Positions 57,996 through 64,000 of a stretch of DNA of 64,000 nucleotides are shown piece after piece; position 1 is the first letter of the stretch; each line of letters begins with the position of its first letter. Origin of the DNA: Hypomesus transpacificus (taxonomy: Eukaryota); the NCBI RefSeq assembly GCF_021917145.1, contig NC_061076.1:13096768-13160767 (forward strand). Direction: 5' to 3'. The notes below the pieces were generated by a model. The model saw only the letters and a list, made by a program, of their open reading frames with translations. It made no database searches and was not told the origin of the DNA. The position numbers and the translations under genes are program-made.

Positions 57996-59229
57996 TCAGT
58001 GTTTTGTCGAAGGCGGGGGGGGTATGCCCTTGCATGTGTAACGGGTGTGCAACAGTTCTCGTGTTAATATATAGAAGTGCACATCCGTTAACGGCGTAAT
58101 CGTCTGCGTTGTGTTCTGGGGGGGTGTGAATGTTGGATGAATGGAAGGATGGGAGACTGGACCACAAAGGAGGCTGGCTTTCTCTCATTTATTCGCTTCT
58201 GTATGAGCCAAAGAAACCAACGTGTCAATAGTATAAACGGTCGTAGTCGGGACCAACATTCCCTCCTCCGCTCAGACAGTAAAAAGCCTTCTGACGACGT
58301 ATAAAATAATATGAAAATAAATAGAATAACATACTAGATGCACTTCACTGCATATACACAAACATAACCAGCATCGATAATATAAAGAACATAAAACATT
58401 CATACCTGTATGAGCCAAAGAAACCAACGTGTCAATAGTATAAACGGTCGTAGTCGGGACCAACATTCCCTCCTAGCAAACAAATAAAGAGGAAACACTG
58501 TAATACCCGGACGCACATGTACACAACAAAAACTCTCAAAAAGTGCATTTACTAAGTGCTAGCTAACAAAACAGCGCTGTAACATGTTCACACACTTAAT
58601 TCACAACACACTTAGTTACACATTAAACATTTTCATTGTACACAAAACGACCTATATGCTAAAATATGACGAGAAACACAACAACATACCTCCGCTCAGA
58701 CAGTAAAAAGCCTTCTGAGCTTTGGCGCCACACACACGTCACAAAACACGGACTTCTCTTAAAGCTACAGTACAGGTACAAAAACACATCAACAAAGGAA
58801 CAGGTTACCAAATGTACCTAAACATATACTGGTACATTTAAATCAGCATTGGTGACATTTCAACACAACTAAAAAAACGCTGTTTCACCCTGGTTACATA
58901 CACCCCTCCTGAAATTCACCAACATCCTGATTTAAGGATGTCTTCACAGGCGTACAAAAAGTCTAGCACTGACACAACCTGGCACAAATGAACAATGGAC
59001 CTTGTCCACATAGTCAACTTGAAAGCTACCTTAACACAAGGTTCAGGAAAGAAAGAGGTTGATCAAATCTCTAGATTCCCCTTAGTTTGATGTGACGCCT
59101 CGTACGTCACACAGCATTTGGCCCAAAATACATAGTCCATAGACATTTGCAGGTTTATAAAACCTCATAGTTGGCCCCTTTTGAAAATGTATCACATAAG
59201 CACTTTCAACACTTAGTCACGCCCAACTT

Positions 59230-60894
59230 TTAAAACAGCTGGGAACGGCCGTCCATAAAAAACTTGGACCTTTCAAACAATGGTTTCTGAACCATAGATT
59301 CTATCAATCTGTTCACTGATTTCACCAATCTTCCAGCACGTGTTCTGACAATGCCATCATCCTCAGCGTGTGCATGAGAGTCAGTGCAACCTGAGGTGTC
59401 AGCATGCTGGGCTGGCCTTGTGTCTCTGTGTGGAGCGACTGAGATGGATGGACAGTCATTGATAACAGCAGCAGGACAGAGTGCTGGACTAGGCTGAGCA
59501 TGCTCTTCTGCAACAGCCAACTCGGACTCAGGTGAGTCGTCAAGTGATGAGATTGAGAGCTCCTCTTCATCTCTGGAATCTGACACGTCCTGGGCATGTT
59601 CACCCTGAGTCAATTCTCCAGACACTGAAGCCATTTCATCATCATCAGAGACGCGATCTTCCTTATCAGACTCCTCTTCAGCCCACGACTGATCAGTTGC
59701 ATCAGCAGACTCGGCTTGGTCCAATCCAGGGAGAGGCAAGAAGTTCACTTCCAGTAAGAGATTCCTGTGCACAACTCTTGTGTGTCCCACGGCATCCTGT
59801 ATTTTGTAGACATGGATACTTGGATTCACTCCAACCACTGTGTACACTCCATCTTCCCATTTGTCGGCTAACTTCCTCTTTCCTCGTCCCCCTTTATTTG
59901 ACACCAACACACGATCTCCCACTGACAGGAAGGTGCCCTTGGCTCGTTTGTTGTATTGTCGGGTCTGGTGCTGCTGCTCAGAGGAAGTATGTTTCTGAGC
60001 GATCTCCATAGCACTTTTCAAGCAAGAAAGCAGGGATTTTGCATATGTGTCGTAGTCAGCAACTTCAGGGTCGTCCAGAACCCGCCTGAACATGACGTCC
60101 ACCGGCAGCCTAGGGACACGCCCAAACATGAGGAAGAATGGAGCGTAACCCGTCGTCTCGTGGACGGTGGCGTTGTATGCGAACGTGAGGGTCTGGACTT
60201 GTTGTGGCCATTGCTGTTTTTCTTTTAGGGGAAGGGCTCGGAGCATGTTGCCCAAGGTGCGGTTGAATCGCTCGGTACCCCCATTGCCCATCGGATGGTA
60301 AGCTGTCGTGTGGGATTTTGCAACACCAGCCAAACGGAGGAGCTCCGCAATCAGGTTGCTCTCGAAATTGGCGCCCTGGTCGGAATGTATCCTCGCCGGG
60401 AAACCATAAACACAGAACACATTATCCCAAAGCTTCCTTGCGACCTGCTTTGCCGTTTGATCGGCACAAGGGAAGGCATGAGCGAGTTTGGTGTAGTGGT
60501 CGGTGACCACCAAAACATCAACGGACCGCTGCTTGCTGTCTTCGGCAGTCCAGAAATCCATGCACACTAACTCCATTGGAGCTGAGCTCTTGATGCTCTC
60601 CAGAGGAGCGCGAGCAGCTGGTTCCGGTGACTTCCCAAACACACATCTCTGACAGCATTTTACATGTGCCCTCACATCCTTTTCCATATCAGGCCAATAG
60701 AAACGCTGTCTTGCAAGCGAAAGAGTACGATCCTGGCCCTGATGACCTGCCAGATCATGGATGCCGGACAGTGCTTTGTCCTTTAGACTCTGAGGCAACA
60801 CATATTGGGATCGTCGCTGCTTGGAAACTGGATCTCTTGAGACCCGATACAGAACTCCATCATGGACTTCCAGCCTTTCCCATTGCTTCAACAA
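59230..60894 (-). CDS. Gypsy pol segment 3: integrase (554-aa ORF) with an acidic, Ser-rich C-terminal tail.
   Basis: HHCC 'HDLAGHQGQDRTLSLARQRFYWPDMEKDVRAHVKCCQRC'. DDE core 'LVCMDFW...VLVVTDHYTKLAHAFP...IHSDQGANFESNLIAELL...YHPMGNGGTERFNRTL'. GPY/F module 'DGVYTVVGVN'. Confidence 0.85.
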   Translation of the reverse strand: MLKQWERLEVHDGVLYRVSRDPVSKQRRSQYVLPQSLKDKALSGIHDLAGHQGQDRTLSLARQRFYWPDMEKDVRAHVKCCQRCVFGKSPEPAARAPLESIKSSAPMELVCMDFWTAEDSKQRSVDVLVVTDHYTKLAHAFPCADQTAKQVARKLWDNVFCVYGFPARIHSDQGANFESNLIAELLRLAGVAKSHTTAYHPMGNGGTERFNRTLGNMLRALPLKEKQQWPQQVQTLTFAYNATVHETTGYAPFFLMFGRVPRLPVDVMFRRVLDDPEVADYDTYAKSLLSCLKSAMEIAQKHTSSEQQHQTRQYNKRAKGTFLSVGDRVLVSNKGGRGKRKLADKWEDGVYTVVGVNPSIHVYKIQDAVGHTRVVHRNLLLEVNFLPLPGLDQAESADATDQSWAEEESDKEDRVSDDDEMASVSGELTQGEHAQDVSDSRDEEELSISSLDDSPESELAVAEEHAQPSPALCPAAVINDCPSISVAPHRDTRPAQHADTSGCTDSHAHAEDDGIVRTRAGRLVKSVNRLIESMVQKPLFERSKFFMDGRSQLF

Positions 60895-60942
60895 TCTGAG
60901 GACCTTCGAGTCAGCACCATGCCTTTCTCGCCTAGACGGTCG

Positions 60943-62031
60943 TCACCTGGCAGAAACAAAGGGCAACACCCTGGAGATAACTGGATCTTGCTCTTGAGCC
61001 AGCTGTAGCTCCTGGGCAGAGAACATGGGCAGTGCATCTTGACCACTTGAGCGTTGTTGGACTTTTTGTGTCAAGAAGAGTGCCCTGGACTCTGCCGTGT
61101 CATTCCAGGCACAGTGGGCCTGACAGAGAGCTCTGATCTCGGCTGTGTCGTACCCCGTCCTGGGTAGTGGATGGTTTTCCAGTCTGAGGGTTTGAGACTG
61201 GCAGCTGAGCCTGAAAACATCCTGCACAGAATCCCCTTCCACCTCATCGGCTTCCTGAGTCAGAGTGGAATATGGCTCCTTGAGCAGCCTCTGGCCAATG
61301 GTTCTCGCAAAGGGATCGCGACTCAAGGCATCTGCCACCACATTTTTCTTCCCAGGTAAGTGTTTGAGATCAAAGGTGTACGACGCCAGCTTAGACACCC
61401 AGCGGATCTCACATGCGTCTAGCTTCGGCTTTGTTAGAAGGTAAGTAAGTGGATTATTATCAGTCCAAATGGTGAAGCTATGACCCTTCAGCCAGTGACT
61501 AAACTTTTCACACACACTCCACTTCAGGGCCATGAACTCCAGCCTGTGAGCTGGATATTTCCGCTGTGATGCGCTGAGGGTCTTGCTCGCAAAAGCAATC
61601 GGTCTGGCCTTGGATTCTCCTCGGGGCACTTGGGAGAGTACCGCACCAAGTCCATCCAAAGACGCATCTGTTGACAAGATAAATGGTTCATCGAAGTCCG
61701 GATGAGCCAGCATGACGCAGTCCAACAGCCTGGCCTTCATGTGCTCAAAAGCGCTCACACATTCCTCTGTCCAATCCGCAGCAGTGAGTTTACGGTAGGC
61801 CGATTGGGGCTTTCTACCCTTAGCTGACTTCCCTCGCCTCTTCTGACCAGCTGTAAGTGCGAACAGCGGCTTTGCAGTGGAAGACAGGTTGGGGATAAAG
61901 TGTTGATAGTAGAACACCATGCCGAGGAATGATCTGAGTCTTCGAACAGAAGGCGTGCATCCATCTGTATCCATGAGGTCTTGTACCTGCATGCTGTTGA
62001 TTACTTCCACCTTGGCTGGATCGACGGACAC
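60943..62031 (-). CDS. Gypsy pol segment 2: RT C-terminus plus RNase H (362-aa ORF).
   Basis: 'FLGMVFYYQHFIPNLSSTAKPL' (RT thumb), then RNase H 'FILSTDASLDGLGAVLSQ...ARPIAFASKTLSASQRKYPAHRLEFMALKWSV...FTIWTDNNPLTYLLT' and 'VADALSR'. Confidence 0.8.
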   Translation of the reverse strand: MSVDPAKVEVINSMQVQDLMDTDGCTPSVRRLRSFLGMVFYYQHFIPNLSSTAKPLFALTAGQKRRGKSAKGRKPQSAYRKLTAADWTEECVSAFEHMKARLLDCVMLAHPDFDEPFILSTDASLDGLGAVLSQVPRGESKARPIAFASKTLSASQRKYPAHRLEFMALKWSVCEKFSHWLKGHSFTIWTDNNPLTYLLTKPKLDACEIRWVSKLASYTFDLKHLPGKKNVVADALSRDPFARTIGQRLLKEPYSTLTQEADEVEGDSVQDVFRLSCQSQTLRLENHPLPRTGYDTAEIRALCQAHCAWNDTAESRALFLTQKVQQRSSGQDALPMFSAQELQLAQEQDPVISRVLPFVSAR

Positions 62032-62105
62032 ACCCCCACCGTTGATGATGTGGCCAAGGAACCGGACTTACTTCTGCAGAAGGTGGCACTTTTTAGGAGC
62101 CAGTT

Positions 62106-63806
62106 TCAGGTTGTTCGCCCGCAACCTCTGAAACACTGCTTCGAGTCTGGACAGAGCCTCTTCCTCCGTTGGGGCAAAGACAAGAAGTCATCAAGATAAC
62201 ACAGAAGCTTTGTGAAGTTCATGTCCCCAAAGATACCAGTCATCACCCTCATGAAGGAAGCAGGGCTATTACACAGACCTTGTGGCATGCGGTTGTATTC
62301 ATGCAGCCCGAGAGGAGTCGTGAAAGCTGTGTACTTCTTGTCGTCTTCATGCATCGGAATGTTGAAGAAGCCAGAGGTGAGGTCCATTGTGCTAAAGAAG
62401 CAGTTGCCACCAAGGGCAGCGAGACAGTCTGACTGGTGAGGCAGGGGATGTGCATCCTTTATGGTTCTGACATTCAACCACCTGAAGTCATTGCAAACCC
62501 GCAACCCACCATCCTTTTTCCACACCATCACCAAAGGAGACGCATATTCGCTTGTGGACTTTCTGATGATCCCCTTTTCCTCCATATCAGTGAGAGCCTG
62601 CCTCAACTTCTGATAGTGGGCTGGAGGGACTCTCCTGTATGGTAGGCGAAACGGGCGATCGTCAGTGAGACGGATGCGGTGTGCGTAACCCTTGACCTCA
62701 CCGCAGTCAAGCGAGTGCTTGGAGAAGATGTCTTGATAGTCAGTTATCAGTTGCTTGAGCTGGGACCTACAAGCTTCGCTAACCTGACATGAGGCTACAT
62801 CGACGTCGCTTAGACCCAACTCTGACAGACTTTTGCCGGACTGGGATGAAAGACTAGCACCGGAAGAAGCATCATGCTGTCGTTTCTCAGTGTCAGGTTG
62901 CTCTTTCTCCGAAGCTGCCTGTGAGCCCTGGAAAACATCAAGATCCTCGACTGCCAAGCACGGGAACACATCAGCCAACTTGCAATTCCTCTTCAGTGTA
63001 ATCGCTTTGTCAGATGGGTTCACAACAGTCATTGGCACCCATCTATCACCCCAGAGAGGTGTGACAAGACGACCCACTAGGACACCTCGTGGCATGGCTT
63101 TTGAGTTGGTCTGCTCCACGACAACAGTGCTGCCAGGTGACATAGGCGACTTAGCAGGGAGTCTGCCCCAAACCAAGTGTTCATGCTTGGGTAGGAGGGT
63201 CACAGCCTGGGTGAGCTTAACCGTTCCTATCTTTTCAGGGACTGCGCTCCCCTTCCAGCGCTCGACATTTGTGAACATGGACAAGAAGTGACCGATCTCG
63301 GGGTCAGATTGATGGTCATGAAAAGATGCAAGATCCCAGTACTCGTCACCACCTTTCAGGACATGAGTGACATATTTGATGATATTCGAGCCCAATATGA
63401 GATCATCCTGCTGGCCAGACACAACCAAAGTGGATACAATACATGGAACACCATACAGCTGCATCTCCAAGTCATAAAAGCCCTCAGGCTGGGTCTTCAG
63501 ACCACCACAACCAATCAAGACAATGTTCTCTTCGGGGTACCGCTTCTCTGGCAAAACATCAGCACATCTGAGCTTCTCTACTGCTTCCTCACTGATGCTA
63601 CATACCATAGAGCCAGAGTCCCACATGCCTTTAAGCTGCACACTGTGGTTGACGAGGACTGGAGCATAAAACAGCTCTCCGAAAGCTTTGATTCTCTGGG
63701 TAGCTTGAATGGCTATTTTTGTACCCTTAGGTGCATTGGCACAGCTCTCTTCATATAACTGAGCTAGGTCACAGGTTTCAGAAGGGGTTCCATTTACGTA
63801 ACCCAC
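62106..63806 (-). CDS. Gypsy pol segment 1: aspartic protease plus reverse transcriptase N-terminal part (566-aa ORF).
   Basis: Protease-like 'LIGCGGLK...DLILGSNII'. RT motifs 'YRRVPPAHYQKLRQALTDMEEKGIIRKSTSEYASPLVMVWKKDGGLRVCNDFRWLN', 'FSTMDLTSGFFNIPMHEDDKKYTAFTTPLGLHEYNRMPQGLCNSPASF' and 'YLDDFL'. Confidence 0.8.
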   Translation of the reverse strand: MGYVNGTPSETCDLAQLYEESCANAPKGTKIAIQATQRIKAFGELFYAPVLVNHSVQLKGMWDSGSMVCSISEEAVEKLRCADVLPEKRYPEENIVLIGCGGLKTQPEGFYDLEMQLYGVPCIVSTLVVSGQQDDLILGSNIIKYVTHVLKGGDEYWDLASFHDHQSDPEIGHFLSMFTNVERWKGSAVPEKIGTVKLTQAVTLLPKHEHLVWGRLPAKSPMSPGSTVVVEQTNSKAMPRGVLVGRLVTPLWGDRWVPMTVVNPSDKAITLKRNCKLADVFPCLAVEDLDVFQGSQAASEKEQPDTEKRQHDASSGASLSSQSGKSLSELGLSDVDVASCQVSEACRSQLKQLITDYQDIFSKHSLDCGEVKGYAHRIRLTDDRPFRLPYRRVPPAHYQKLRQALTDMEEKGIIRKSTSEYASPLVMVWKKDGGLRVCNDFRWLNVRTIKDAHPLPHQSDCLAALGGNCFFSTMDLTSGFFNIPMHEDDKKYTAFTTPLGLHEYNRMPQGLCNSPASFMRVMTGIFGDMNFTKLLCYLDDFLSLPQRRKRLCPDSKQCFRGCGRTT

Positions 63807-64000
63807 ACCGGGCCCCTCAAGGTGTGGGTTTAACAGTTTAACTGCTGAGACTGGCCACCAGCGCTATCATCAGGCTGAGAGCGGCGCTGGTTAGGCTGCT
63901 GGTTGTGGTTACCAGCACGGCCATTGTGCTGAAAGCGGTGCTGGTTCGTCCGTTGAGGACAGTCCCTCTTCCAGTGACCGGGACACAAGCACTGTAAACA

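Larger units (their letters stand above)
58000..64000 (-). mobile_element. Gypsy/Ty3 LTR retrotransposon, partial: 3' LTR region, pol and the gag C-terminus are in the window; the rest of gag and the 5' LTR lie beyond it.
   Basis: The three consecutive minus-strand pol ORFs below, plus a Gag CCHC knuckle 'CLQCLCPGHWKRDC' read from 63835-64000. 3' LTR boundaries are not resolvable without the 5' LTR. The presumed LTR region contains 69-bp and 27-bp internal direct repeats (58199/58407; 58268/58691). Confidence 0.85.

Overview
The window is vertebrate, almost certainly teleost-fish, nuclear DNA rather than prokaryotic. It has spliced exons with canonical GT-AG introns, Tc1 elements, HpaI-type tRNA-derived SINEs and L2/CR1-type LINEs. 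The one host gene I can support is the 3' two-thirds of the major vault protein gene (mvp, + strand). Nine coding exons lie between 458 and 33254; they end in a TAA stop and an AATAAA signal. The introns are very large (one is about 18.6 kb) and are filled with nested transposable elements. Nothing after ~33.4 kb looks like a host gene; that stretch is a layered mosaic of transposable elements. Its main components: (1) a Harbinger transposon; (2) four copies of one LINE family that share a 3' tail, one of them interrupted by a hAT insertion with 8-bp target-site duplications; (3) a Helitron fragment; (4) a 3.4-kb element bounded by inverted repeats that contains a TA-flanked MITE; (5) L2 3' ends; (6) an apparently intact hAT-Buster-like element (641-aa ORF, 14-bp terminal inverted repeats, 8-bp TSD ATCTAGAC) inserted into the centre of a long palindrome; (7) a non-autonomous element with A1-ORF1-B1-A2-B2 split direct repeats, which is Ngaro/DIRS-like, encoding a Gag-like ORF with a CCHC knuckle; (8) a decayed second hAT-Buster copy; and (9) a Gypsy/Ty3 LTR retrotransposon on the minus strand with near-complete protease-RT-RNaseH-integrase that runs off the window end. 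I found no rRNA or genuine tRNA genes and no CRISPR array. Family names rest on remembered motifs and are not database-verified. Coordinates of degenerate elements are approximate.
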